NCBI GenBank assembly: GCA_023920165.1
Contig: CP089279.1
Coordinates: 2,170,001-2,234,000 of the forward strand
Direction of reading: 5' to 3'
DNA: 64,000 nt
Source of the DNA: Curvularia clavata
Lineage: Eukaryota
Part shown: positions 1 to 12,296 of the stretch, piece after piece
Layout: each line of letters begins with the position of its first letter
How positions within the stretch are numbered: position 1 is the first letter of the stretch
The notes under the pieces: generated by a model
Databases searched by the model: none
Seen by the model: the letters and a program-made list of their open reading frames with translations, nothing else
What the model was told of the DNA's origin: nothing
Position numbers and translations under genes: made by a program

Positions 1-541
1 ACGGATAAGTTGTGTTAAGCTACATCGTGATATCGCTAGATAATATTCTGCTAGGGATCATATGATCGATTATGACGTGCTGCGATTCTGCGATTCTGGG
101 GGCCATGGCGAGTTTGTATGCCACAGGTAGTAGGTTGCGGGGAAGACTGTTGACATTTGGTTATCCGCAACGTATGATCGAGCCGCAGTATTGGCGCGAA
201 TTTCCTCACAGGCCAATAATCTTCGCAAAGCCATCGCTGCATCTCAAAGACGTCCCTGGTAGCAGGGCTTGAACCACCGATCATATGGTCGTCAAACGGC
301 ATATGTAGGTGCAGTTGTTATCGAACTGTATTTAGGCAGTGGCTCAGCCTTGGAATCCGTGACTCGATGGATGCGCTGAACGTTGCAGCCCAGCCGCACG
401 CCTATCAGGGTATACAGCTTCACTACCCCTCTGCTACGGAACAGCCGATCCTTTGATATCGACACACAAAATACTTGACTGAATGACAACGTGATCTAAC
501 ACAATAGTGTAAACCTGTCATCCAGACGACGGTGTGGAGAC

Positions 542-3295
542 ATGTCTGGAGACCCACGACCCCACCAGCAAAGCATCAGTCATGTCTCTGGGCAACAAGG
601 CTCCCGAGTGTATGTAGGGACCTTTAGCAACTGCCATTTGGGCAACAATGATGAACCCCAAAGTAAATTCACCAAGCCCTTACCGTATCTCTCAATCTTG
701 AGAATCTGCAGCTGATGCGATCGCCTTTCAGAAGCGCCAGACCAAGCGGCCGTCGCGTGTCGCAACGCCCTCTTCCTCACCGATCCCTACGTCGACCGCG
801 AGAGCGTGATCAGCGCAAAAGGCAAAAGAGTCGCGGGTACGTGTGAGTGGATCACACAGAACGAGAGCTACCGCGCCTGGTCGAACAGCGATAGCGACAG
901 AGATGGCATTGGAGATACGCGCCTACTGTGGATCTCCGGCGGGCCCGGCAAGGGCAAGACAATGATGTCTGTCTTCCTGACGGAAGAGCTAGAGAGACAC
1001 ATAGAACATACAGACAACGCAGACCTAGTCTTCTTCTTCTGCAGCGCTCAGGACGAGAAGCGCAACACAAGTATTGCTATACTACGCGGGCTAGTACACC
1101 AGATTATTGTTAAGCGCCAGCAGTTAGTCCACCACGCGCTGCCGTACTTTGAGACGCCTGAGAGGACGCAGCAGACGCTGTCATCTCTAGAGACACTATG
1201 GATTATCTTCAGTAAGCTTATCGCTAGCGCCGAGCTAGGCACTGTATTCTGCGTACTTGACGGACTCGACGAGTGCGAGGATAGCACGCTAAGAGTACTG
1301 TTGCCTAGACTTGTAGACCTACTTGCAGATAGAACGCCATCGCCAAAGAATAGTGCGTTTAAGCTGGCGATTGTTAGCAGAGACCTGCCTGGCCTGCGAG
1401 GCTGCACGACGAGGGTGAAACTCGATCCTGATAATGACGAGAAAGTAGCCGGTGACATTGAGCTGTTCGTGTCCACCCGAGTAGGAGAGCTATCGACCAT
1501 CGAAGGGTTTAGCGAGAACTTTCGAGCATCAGTGCAGACAGCTCTCCTCCAACGCGCCGAGGGAACGTTCCTATGGGTGGGCTTTGCAATGTATGAGCTG
1601 TCGCAGAAACAGACGTGCGTTGAGATCTTAGAGGCGCTCAAAGAACTACCAAGCGGTCTTCCGGCCATTTATAGCCGCATGCTGCTGCAGATCCCAGCTA
1701 GGCAGAGAGAACTGAGCCAGGCGATCTTGCGGTGGGTGACTATGGCTGCCCGCCCTCTGCAGCTGCGAGAGCTGGCAGCAGCAGTAGGCGTGCAGGCTAC
1801 ATCACCTCAAATAACAGTGGATCAAGCAGTCCGCGACGCTATTGCGCTTTGCGGGCCATTGCTCAAAGTGCAAGAGAAAGAAGTTAGCCTTATCCACCAA
1901 TCGGTGCGGGACTATCTGCTACGCAAAGAGCGTGATAGCGATGCCGTGCTAGAGGCCTTTCGACTTATAGTAGAGCCTTCGCATCTTGAGCTTGCACAGA
2001 GATGCCTTAGCTGCATTGCCCAGAGTGGATTTCAGCAAAGAGTGATTTACCTAGACGCTGAGCTGGACCCTCAAGAATCTCCTTTACTGCGATATGCTAC
2101 GATCTACTGGCCCGAGCACGCAAGAAGCGCCTCTTCACTCGCAACAAAGCTCTTTGATCCTTATGGGCTATTTTTGCAAAAGAAGTCTTTTCTGCGATAT
2201 TACTGGTGGCAGGCCTATTGGAAAGAAATAATGGGATACGAAGATCAGCCTATACCTCTGCTACATATAGCGTGTACCTTGAATATTATACCGTGGGTAG
2301 AAGCAGTTCTAGAAAAGAGAAGATGGAGCCTTAGATACCGCCGGTGGGTAAACAAGAAGGATTCTAGAAGAATAACAGCACTGCATTATGCAGCTCGGGA
2401 AGGGCACGAGGCGGTAGCGCTACTGCTAGTAGACAGAGGAGCGGACCTCAAGGCGAAAGATGAGAAGGGGGGGACGCCGCTACACTCGGCAGCTTCATCG
2501 TGGAAAGAGAACAAGGCGGTAGTACAGCTACTAGTAGATAGAGGAGCGGACATTAAGGCGACGGATAATAATGGAAAGACGCCGCTACACTGGGCAGCTT
2601 GGGTAGAAAACGAGGTGGTAGTACAGCTGCTAGTAGACAGAGGAGCGGACCTCAAGGCGAAGGAAGAGAATGGGATGACGCCGCTACACTCTGCAGCTTC
2701 ATCGTGGGAAGAGAATGAGGCGGTGGTACGGCTGCTAGTAGACAGAGGAGCGGATATTAAGGCGACGGATAATTATGGGATGACGCCGCTACACTCGGCA
2801 GCTTGGGTAGAGAACGAGGTGGTAGTACAGCTGCTAGTAGACCTTGGAGCGGACCTCAAGGCGACGGATACTTATGGTATGACGCCGCTACACTGGGCAG
2901 CTAGGGCAGGGAACGAGGTGGTAGTGAAGCTGCTAGTAGACAGAGGAGCGGACCTTAAGGCGAAAGATAAGGATGGGGTGACGCCGCTACACTCAGCAGC
3001 TTCATCGTGGAAAGAGAACAAGACGGTAGTACAGCTACTAGTAGATCTTGGAGCGGATATTAAGGCGAAGGACGAGAATAGAGAGACGCCGCTACACTCA
3101 GCAGCTAGAGTAGGGAACGAGATGGTAGTGAAGCTGCTAGTAGACCTCAAGGCGGACCTCAAGGCGAAAGATGAGGATGGAAAGACGCCGCTACACTCAG
3201 CAGCTTGGGAAGGGCACGAGACGGTAGTGCGGCTGCAGGTGGATAGAGAAGCAGACGTCAAGGCGAAGGATAGTAAAGGGAGAATGGCACCTTAG
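542..3295 (+). CDS. Fungal NLR: short N-terminal amyloid-like motif + NACHT + ankyrin repeats (exons 542-662, 732-3295)
   Basis: Walker A GGPGKGKT, Walker B VLDGLDEC, GTCEWI, AEGTFLW and HQSVRDYL motifs; ~9 ankyrin repeats (TPLHxAA...LLVDRGAD). A GT..CTGAT..CAG intron at 663-731 joins ATG542 in frame to LFLTDPYVDRES. Confidence 0.9.
2350..3290 (+). repeat. Internally conserved ankyrin tandem repeats (99- and 105-nt units)
   Basis: Near-identical units ACGCCGCTACACT...GCTAGTAGACAGAGGAGCGGAC...AAGGCGA repeated ~9 times. Confidence 0.9.
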
Positions 3296-3746
3296 CGAAT
3301 GCTTTCCAACAAAATCACGACGTAACTAGTGTGACGAAACTGCCTGCAGTCGCAGTGGTACAGGCGTCTTTACTACTATACTCTATAGTGTACATTACTG
3401 TGTGACTACGTTTACATATAGCTAACATTGTTATAACTGGATTTGGATATTAGTGAGCTTTCGGCTTTTTAGAACGTTGGTAGTGTCGTCGTAGTAGCTA
3501 CTCCTAATAAGGATAAAGCTACGCCAAGCGAAGACCCCCCTGTAGGCTGAGGGACTCGTGTAATACGTGGACCGGAAGCCAATTGTGGGAGCGAGTGTAC
3601 AGTATGTTTGAGATCACGAGACTGTAGACTGGCGACAAGAATAAAAGTCATAGACTCCAAAAGCACGAATGCAGTACTGACTACCAGGCATGTTAAATCT
3701 ACATCGTCTAATGATGACACAAAACCATGTTCCAGCTTCTAAACCT

Positions 3747-5900
3747 CTAAGCAGGCTTCTTGTCTCCATCCTTGCTAACTACCGCATCCTGCTTCGCCGG
3801 TGTCCCCGACCACCCCTTCACGAAGCTCCCAATATCAATATTCCTCGCCTTCTGCTGCATGACCGCCATTAGACTCTCCTGCTGCTTCTCATCCGCCTTC
3901 TTCCTCAATTCCTCTTCATTCTCGCCACCCTCCCCCTTCTCTCCCTCATTCTTCTTCCTCTCTTCCTCAACCTTCTTATTCTCTTTTCGCAAATCCGCTT
4001 CCGCACGCTCCACCTCCTCAATATCCACGTCTTCGAACCCAATCTTGCGCAGAATAGACCCCGTAATGAAGCGGTATTGGAGATGACCGTCTACGAGCTC
4101 CGAAACGTCGACGTTCTGGACACCGTAGACACCAACAACGGGTTGGAGACCAGCGACACCGAGTTGGACGGAAGAGGTACGGTATAGGAAACCGAGGATG
4201 TAGTCGTTCTTGGAAAAGACGTTCACGCAGCGTCCACTGACTACCGAGCGGACGCGGCGCCAGTCCTCGGCGTCTGAAGGGCAAGGGGCGCCTACAAGCA
4301 CGACGTTTTCAACGAGGCCAAAAGCTTTCCGGTCGGCGAGCTTTTGCAAGCAAGTGAAAATGAGGCGGGCGCCGAGAGAGTAGCCTACCAGTGTGACTGG
4401 TCGCTCGCCCTGAACTCTGTTAATGAGAGCGTCGGCGAGAACTTCACCAGCTTTCTCGGATCTGTATTTGGCTACAGAGAAGGGGTTATCCAGCATAGTG
4501 GCGATTTTGAGTAGTCCAAGAGGCCACATTGCAGCCGCCATTGCAGCAAAGACGGTTTGCTCAATGATCTTTTTCTTAGCATAGCCCCATGCTGCACTTG
4601 TGACGAATGTTTCAAGACTGTGCCCGAGCTTGAGAAGTGCTTCGAGCTCCCATCGTAACGCAAAGCCTTCTGTCCCCTTGCTGATGTACCGCCATGGTCG
4701 ACTGACCTCCTCGGGCTCTCGTAGCCAACCGGAAACAGCAATTGCTACCCGGAGACGCCGAGATTCGTTGTCTTGCTTCCTCGGATCCTGCGTGAGGTGG
4801 ATTGGAATGAAGCCAAAGTCCTCGACCTGTCGTGCGTATTCGTCCATGGCCTTTCCCGTCATCTTTGCTCCATATGCACCAAAAAGACCGCCCACGAGAA
4901 CTGAAGACCCAGCAAGCGTGCCGAGGTAGCCTGCCGCCGCGGTAGCTCCAAGACCAACACCGCCCATTACACTTCCGACACCTGCGGCAAGAAGAGGAGC
5001 AGCGAGTCCACCTGTTACGCCGATAAGCGCTGCTCCGGCGACGCCAGCCAGCCCAACTTTCCATCTGCGAGCCGTTTGGGAAGCCTCTGCCGCTTTCTTG
5101 GTCTCTTCATCAGCATTGAGCTGCTGGGATGCCGCCTCCAGTAATCCTTGAGCAACCGTCTCCTCATCTTTCTTCAGGACGTCTCTACCCAGTCCGAGAC
5201 TACTTGTGAGATAGAGAATCAGAACACGAGAATGTGCCGAGTAGTGTTCCAGGCTCAGCACAATGAGCAAAAGCGAGTGCAATATAAGCGCACGTTTGCT
5301 TTCTTCCAGCTGAGTAAGGGCAGTCGGAACAGGTGGATACAGGTCCTTGAACATTTTGTCCTCGTCTTCTTCCTTGTCGTCAAGCTTCTCGATACTCATC
5401 ATGCCGGTCTCGGACTTATTGGCGATCTCTTTGGCCTGCTTGCTCTCCACTTCCTGAGCCTGCTTGTTCGCCTTGTCTTTGGAGTTGATCACCTCGCCAA
5501 CTCTGCTGACAACCTGGCCTCTCCAATCATCGAAATACCTCAACATCTCCCTCTTTAGCTCTTGTAATTCTGGCTTTGCTAGCTCTCCTCTAGCTTCCTG
5601 TTCGCGCTTCTGTCTTTCTTTCTTGATCTTTTCTTCTTTCTCAACGTCGACATCGTCGAGATTGGAGGGCGCATCTCTCAAAGCTTCTTCTTCTGTCTTT
5701 GCTGTCTTTGCGTCGATTGGAAACTCCTCGGCGGTAAATGTGTAAACTAATGACTGTCGCATCGAAGCTGTGATGGTAGCTATCAAGAAGGTCAACTCGG
5801 CGCACTGGTCCGCATCGAGAAGCGTTGAGAGTGACGTTTCGTCCTTGTCTTCGGACTTGGAATGTCCTAGTGAGGACAGTTTGGACGCCCAACCTGCCAT
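3747..5900 (-). CDS. DUF726 / TMCO4-like membrane-associated alpha/beta-hydrolase
   Basis: 717-aa ORF; GLAGVAGAALIGVTGGLAAP, RPVTLVGYSLGAR nucleophile-elbow motif, VDGHLQY. Confidence 0.9.
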   Translation of the reverse strand: MAGWASKLSSLGHSKSEDKDETSLSTLLDADQCAELTFLIATITASMRQSLVYTFTAEEFPIDAKTAKTEEEALRDAPSNLDDVDVEKEEKIKKERQKREQEARGELAKPELQELKREMLRYFDDWRGQVVSRVGEVINSKDKANKQAQEVESKQAKEIANKSETGMMSIEKLDDKEEDEDKMFKDLYPPVPTALTQLEESKRALILHSLLLIVLSLEHYSAHSRVLILYLTSSLGLGRDVLKKDEETVAQGLLEAASQQLNADEETKKAAEASQTARRWKVGLAGVAGAALIGVTGGLAAPLLAAGVGSVMGGVGLGATAAAGYLGTLAGSSVLVGGLFGAYGAKMTGKAMDEYARQVEDFGFIPIHLTQDPRKQDNESRRLRVAIAVSGWLREPEEVSRPWRYISKGTEGFALRWELEALLKLGHSLETFVTSAAWGYAKKKIIEQTVFAAMAAAMWPLGLLKIATMLDNPFSVAKYRSEKAGEVLADALINRVQGERPVTLVGYSLGARLIFTCLQKLADRKAFGLVENVVLVGAPCPSDAEDWRRVRSVVSGRCVNVFSKNDYILGFLYRTSSVQLGVAGLQPVVGVYGVQNVDVSELVDGHLQYRFITGSILRKIGFEDVDIEEVERAEADLRKENKKVEEERKKNEGEKGEGGENEEELRKKADEKQQESLMAVMQQKARNIDIGSFVKGWSGTPAKQDAVVSKDGDKKPA

Positions 5901-6100
5901 TTTTGCAGACCTGTGTTAACTCTCAAGTTTGATGTGGCCAGGTTGTGTAGGATCTACACTGCGGCTGGTGGGGGGCCAGGTACCAGTATACTGCTGTTTT
6001 AGGTATGACGTCAAGCAGGGGTGTGGGGCGATATCCCAATACATCACCAGCGTCATGCAAAGGGAACCACTCTGCGACTGTATAGTACCACAAAAAAACT

Positions 6101-6595
6101 ATGTTTATGAATAATCTCGCCTCTAACCAGAGGGAATCTCCAAGTGCCCGCCCCAACGCTAAACCCCATCTTGACACGCCAACGCGAGCGCGGTTCTTTG
6201 AAGCCATTGATCGCCGCGGCACTGCAACCAAGCGTAGCACCTTTAAAGACTTCAACATCGCACCGTCCACGGGCTATCGCCTGCTGCATGAGCGTGAAAC
6301 TTACGGTACCACTGCTGATCGTCGATCTCAACTTCGTCAATTGAAGAAAATAGAGACGGGAAAAGGTTCTGGTCGAAGACCAAAGATCTCAGATGAACAG
6401 CTACAACGACTTCTCAATGCCCCGAAGGAAGTCAGGGCACAACGACTCCAGGACCAGCTGGTGCAAGCGGGTATCACGCATGTTTCCCAAGAGACAGCTC
6501 GCCGCGCTCTCCGCGATAGGAAGGATGCATTGTACCGAGCCTCGAAGGCTCAAGCCATTACGATGTCTCCTCATCCTAGCGCATACACGTCATAG
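6101..6595 (+). mobile_element. Truncated Tc1/mariner-like transposase (N-terminal HTH DNA-binding part only)
   Basis: HLDTPTRARF...IAPSTGYRLL...SGRRPKISDEQL (GRPR-like linker)...VSQETARRAL; ends before any DDE domain; no TIR pair found. Confidence 0.6.
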
Positions 6596-6700
6596 CTGGT
6601 GAAGCGACAGCCATCTTAGTACGTGTACATCTTTTGCCAAAATATTTCGGCCTTTGTATGTGATTAAATACGACTGGATATATTACTTTACGCTAAGACG

Positions 6701-7952
6701 TTACGACCCTACTCTCCCTGTCGGTATGGGCGATGCATTCATTCCACCGGTAGGAAAGTTCCGGGCGCTTAAGAACACACCCTTGACAGCCCTGATATCG
6801 CTCTTCAAAACCTCAATCTGGTCATTCTTGGAGTCCTGGCTACTTCCTGACCAACCAAAACTCGAGCCATACCGGCCCATGCTCGGGTAGTATTGATTCT
6901 GATAGTCCATCTCATGCAAGTATGTGGTCAGATCCGATACCTTTGTCCGCAATTTGTCCCGCGATGTACCCTGGCTTGAGCGATTGGCCTCGAGTTCCTG
7001 AAGATGGGATTTGATAATCTTGAGGCGGTTTTCCTGTGCGGTCACAATTGGGTGTGGATCTGTAGAGGTGGAAGGTCGGCGGGAGAGGTTGGGTGTGGTT
7101 TGAGTACCATAGTCGCGGTGATATAGCTCAGTGGGATCTGAATCAGCTTCAGACACATCATCTGCACCGTCCTCGGCAGGCTTCACTTTGCTTGCGGGAT
7201 CAACGGATACTGCTTTGCGTAGTCGTTCGTTTAACTCTTTCAGTTGCCCCTGGGTGTGCGAGGCGAAATCGCGCCGTGACTCCGCGAGACTGTGTGTCAT
7301 TGGCGCTATGATGTACTTTGACAGTCCGTACATGCTTGCCATGAAGCCTCCTGTTATGTATGCTGTATTTGCAAGGCGCTGGGCAGTGATAAGAGGCGGT
7401 GGTTTCTCTGTATTTGCGAGGAATTCTGGGTATGTGACGATCGGAGGTATCTCGCGCGGTGGAGGTGGGACTTGGGGTTCATCTGCTGGCTTAGGGGGTG
7501 CCTGGATATATCAGCATTGTCTGTTGGCGGTGTTCTCAGGTAGAGTTGGTACTCACTGTCGACCACACCCGCTCACCTACGTCTGCAACGTCCGCTGGCC
7601 TTCTATCTTGCGACTCTTCGCCCAGCAGTCTCTCAATTTCCTCAGCGCTCACTCCCTTTGATTCTAAGAATGCGGCCTTCTTCTCTCGGGGCTCATCGCG
7701 AATTGCAGGGTCCTCGAGAAAGCGCGATGCCTGCTCTAACAGACTATCATGCTCAGACGGATGCTCTTCCTCTCCGTCTGCTTGTGCAACATCGTCTTCT
7801 GTGGGAGTCGGCGCTTCTACGGGCGGTTGTTGTTGCTGTTGTTGCGTGTTTGTCTCTTCCTCGCTCGGCTTGTGCGAGGATGCTGTACCATCGGTGGATG
7901 CGGATGCAGAAGAGGCGCGCTGCCATTCTGGAATAGCAGGCTTTCCCGACAT
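6701..7952 (-). CDS. PEX14: Peroxisomal membrane anchor protein Pex14-type (intron 7502-7556)
   Basis: Pex14_N motif ASRFLEDPAIRDEPREKKAAFLESKGVSAEEI; PPIVTYPEFL; C-terminal LKSDIRAVKGVFLSARNFP. Could be the filamentous-fungal Pex14/17 (Pex33) paralogue. Confidence 0.7.
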
Positions 7953-8226
7953 TATCGCTGGACAGTGATGAATTGTTGGATGGGTATGGGCATGCGTGGA
8001 GAGGTGTCGGCGGCGCGAAATGTATGTTGGCGCGTCGTCACGGGCGATGGCGATGATGGGTGCTCGGGAAAGATGGCTGGACCGAGGCAAGAACCCCAGA
8101 TTTGGCCTATCCGCTTTAGTTCAACAACACCACTCTTTCGATAGCACATTGATAGCTTGCTGATGTCTTATATCGATTTTGTTTATTTATTTTTGTTACA
8201 GTACTCAATACCTGTAGTTTCTATTG

Positions 8227-10140
8227 TTAAAAACTAGATTCTGTGTTTCCCTCGCCCATACTCTTGCTGCCGGAGCTGCCACTCTGTATCGCACCCAAGA
8301 TGCCGTCGATGTACCCGGCACCGCTCCACTTCTGATGTGTCAAAACATCACATCCCAGCTCCTTTTCTCTTGCTTGCACCAGTTTTACGTATGCCAGCAT
8401 ACCCTCATCCTTGAACGCCCTGCTCAGCTCGCACGTGATAGTGGCTGTAGAGTGCACTCCGGCTAGGGAGATGAGCTGGAACACGAAGCCATGCTTGGCC
8501 AAATCCCACACAAAGGACTTGAGTGCCTCTTCCGAGAAACCATGGCCCATCCAGTTGAAGCTAGGTGAGAGGTTATACACGAACTTCTTTCCAGGGTAAA
8601 CCGCGCGAATCTCGCCAGCGAACTTGGCAGCCTCCTGGACATTGGGATCGCCGGTCTCAACCCACAAGAGGTCGGCGTAGGGAGCATACTCTTTGCCGCG
8701 CTTTGTGGCCGCTGCCACGCCATTCTTGAAGTGATAGAAACCTTCCCTTGTACGGGGGATATCCCAGTTGAAGTAAACGGGTGTCTTTGTGTACTTTTCT
8801 GCCACCGCTCGACGCTTCAGGAGGGAGAAGTTCGGGTTCTGCTTCATCTCTTCGAGATATGAATCAATTGAGGACTGAGAGGCGCCTTCCTTTTCAAGGT
8901 GCTGCACAACAGCTTCGTCAAAAGTTACGAGCTTGTGCTTCTTCACCCACGCCGCCTCGTACTGGTCAATTTCCTTGCCTGGCGCACCTGCTGCCTCCAT
9001 GTTTTGCAGCGTCTCGGCCAATGGCTCCGTCTCTTCCGTAACGCCCTTGATGAATTCGTGATCTCGTACGTCGACTGCGCTGGAGATGAGTTTGCCGCTC
9101 TCCGAGTCTGTACGCGCGATGACGAGGTTTTCACAGCCCATCATGTCCCATTGGAATCGTGCAGCAACCAGGCGGTTGATGTGGTCGCCTACGGGAACGA
9201 GCACCTTTCCTGCAAGATGTCCGCATTTCTTGCCGCCATGCAATTGATCCTCAAAGTGAACGCCTGCAGCTCCGTTCTCAGCAAAGAGCTTTGCGAGCTT
9301 GATGACTGCCGAGAGACCACCGTGCCTGGAGAATGTCAGTGGGCTATCTAGACTCGCAGCTTCGTCTCTACTCACCCAGTGTCGCCATCGGCAATGATGG
9401 GGCGCATGTAGTCCAGGTACGGGGTCTTTGCCCTTTCCTCTGGGGTCATCTTCCTCCTGGCATCCCAGTTCTTGCGGTCGTGTAGCTGCTGTGCCTTGAA
9501 CAGGCGCTGTACTTGGTTCGGCACAGTGTTGTAAGGATAGTCGCCAAAGTCGGCAGATACTTCGTTGGTAGTGGTCAGGACGGATGAGCACGCCCAGCCA
9601 GAGATGTAGAGGACTTCTTGGTTCGCAGCTTGTTGGGACATTTGGATCGGATCAATCGCACCCACTGATGTTCAGAAAGACATGATTAGCCATTGTTCTA
9701 TCTATACAGCCATAGAAAGACGCACTTGTATGTACTGGCTCGCCCTTCGCTGCCCTCTCTTCAAGCAGGTTGAAGAGCTTCCTCGCCATTAGAGAGCTAG
9801 GGTATGATTGTGGAAGCGATCCACGCTTGCTCACGACATCTTCTGCAGAATATGGCCGCTTGATGCCCTTGTATCGTGGCGACGCCCACCAGTCCTTCAC
9901 GGCCTGCACTTGTTCTTCAAAAAGGGCATCTTCCGCCGCGCCTGCTTTTGAAGCTTCGGGTAGCAGCTGGAAGGAGTCTCCAGGAAGCGCTGTCGACACT
10001 GGAGGATCTACGGGCTTCAGCACGGAGCTCGACATGCGATACGCGGTGGTAGAAAGCGGGCGGAGGATCTGTGGTGTTCGGCTCGCTATTCTTGGTGGTC
10101 GGCTCTGGCGCGCGAGAGAGCGCGATACTGTTCGTAACAT
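8227..10140 (-). CDS. ICL2: Mitochondrial 2-methylisocitrate lyase (2 introns, near 9.35 and 9.7 kb)
   Basis: ICL catalytic loop [41 protein letters not shown]; Arg/Ser-rich mitochondrial presequence; divergent from a methylcitrate synthase. Confidence 0.9.
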
Positions 10141-10657
10141 GGTGACTATTCGCAGATTGAAATGAGGCGCAACCAGTAGCCCGCTCTGTACTTGAGTCCT
10201 GTGGAGTGGCGGAAAATTATCCGCGGATTACAAACACTTCGGGAACAACGGCTGCCACTTAAGCCTCGTCTTTGGTTAAGTCTAGAGCCAGTGCGTGCGC
10301 CGACAATGACGTTATCCTATGGCGCCGTAGAAAATGGTAGTGCGAGGCAGCGTGTGCGGCAACGCTTCTCCAGTATTTCCCCCCACGGCCGATTCAGACT
10401 GCGTCGAACCGAGGTAGCCCACCGCTAGCCGCTCGGAGCTGCCCCTCGGTCCATGGCGCTGTACGTCGCACTCGCAGCAACGGAGCCAGGGCGTGTCAGG
10501 AAATCCTACTCTGCATTGCCGAAGGTTGCCGCAAAACTTCCTTCTGTCCTCATCTCGTGAAAGTGTGCGTTTGCCATTTAGCTTCGTAGAAACTCTCTTG
10601 TTCTTGGGTCGAGTGAAGACAGCCCTTCCCCCGCATCTACCCCACACTAGACTAGCT

Positions 10658-12296
10658 ATGGCATTGAGTGCACGATCAGCTTCCAGAGCTCTGCGAGCGG
10701 CCAGGGTGAGTTTTGAGCTGTCTGGCTGACCGTGCCGAGAGTGACAAAAAAACTAACTGAAGCTTCTTAGACGCGTCCCTTTGCTGCTGGTATGCGAATC
10801 CGTCATCTAGTTCAGCAACTGACATACTGATGTGTATCGTTTGCTCTAGTGCAAGCATGCAGCTATTCATCCTCGTCCGAGCCTGATCTCAAGGAAACAT
10901 TCAAGAAGGTCCTCCCTGCAAAACGCGAGCTTCTGAAGAAGGTCAAGGCACATGGCGACAAGAAGCTTGGCGACGTCAAGGTCGAGAATGCGCTGGGCGG
11001 CATGAGGTATGCATACTAGAACAAGAAAGACACAGCATATGCTGACCGCAGCGAAGGGGCCTCAAAGCCATGGTCTGGGAAGGATCAGTACTTGACGCAA
11101 ACGAGGGTATCCGATTCCACGGCAAGACAATCAAGGACTGCCAAAAGGAGCTGCCCAAGGGCACCTCTGGCACGGAAATGCTGCCCGAGGCCATGTTCTG
11201 GCTGCTTCTGACTGGCGAGGTTCCTTCAGTAGCCCAGACTCGTGCTCTGTCACGAGAGCTCGCTGAAAAGGGTAGCATCCCCAAGTTTGTCGAGAAGATG
11301 CTTGACGACTTCCCCAAGGACCTCCACCCCATGACACAATTTGCGTGTGCTGTCTCGGCCCTCAACTACGAGTCCAAGTTTGCCAAGGCGTACGAAAAGG
11401 GTATCAACAAGGCCGACTACTGGGAGCCTACCTTTGATGACTGCATCAGCCTGCTCGCAAAGCTGCCTACCATTGCCGCCAAGATCTACCAAAACGCATA
11501 CCGTGGTGGAGGCGCGCTTCCCAACGAGATCGATGTGAACCAGGATTGGGCCTACAACTTCGCTGCCATGTTGGGCAAGCCTGGCAAGGAGAACGAGGGC
11601 TTCCAGGACCTTCTCCGGTTGTACCTTGCTCTGCACGGCGACCACGAGGGCGGTAACGTCTCGGCACACACCACACATCTGGTCGGATCCGCGCTCAGTG
11701 ATCCATTCCTGAGTTACAGTGCCGGTCTCCAGGGTCTTGCTGGTCCCCTGCACGGTCTGGCTGCCCAAGAAGTGCTGCGCTTCATCCTCGACATGCAGAA
11801 GGTTGTTGGCGACAACTTCTCCGACAAGGACGTTAACGAATTTCTCTGGAGCGTTCTCAAGTCCGGACGAGTCATCCCCGGTTACGGCCACGCTGTGCTG
11901 AGGAAGCCCGATCCACGATTCGAGGCGCTCATGGACTTTGCGAATGCACGACCTGAGATTGCGGCCAACCCGGTCTATAAGCTCGTCAAGAAGAACTCTG
12001 AGATTGCTCCGGGAGTCCTCACCGAGCACGGAAAGGTAAGAAATCACAGTGTCGAGAATAAGCAGTGGCTAACTTCGTCGCAGACCAAGAACCCCTACCC
12101 CAATGTCGATTCGTCTTCGGGCGTCCTCTTCCACCACTACGGCTTCAAGGAGACTCTCTACTACACTGCAACATTTGGTGTCAGCCGTGGTCTCGGTCCC
12201 CTTGCACAGCTCATCTGGGATAGGGCACTGGGTCTGCCTATCGAGCGTCCCAAGTCGATCAACCTTCAGGGTATCCTGAACCAGGTCGGCGCATAA
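10658..12296 (+). CDS. mcsA: Mitochondrial 2-methylcitrate synthase (3 introns)
   Basis: Citrate synthase motifs DHEGGNVSAH, GLAGPLHGLAAQEV (AAQEV rather than ANQEV), IPGYGHAVLRKPDPR, NPYPNVD; presequence MALSARSASRALRAAR. Confidence 0.88.

Noticed and set aside
51..489. Small ORFs upstream of the NLR as its amyloid effector partner
   Set aside because: No HeLo/HELL/lipase features or second copy of the motif; any partner would lie outside the window.
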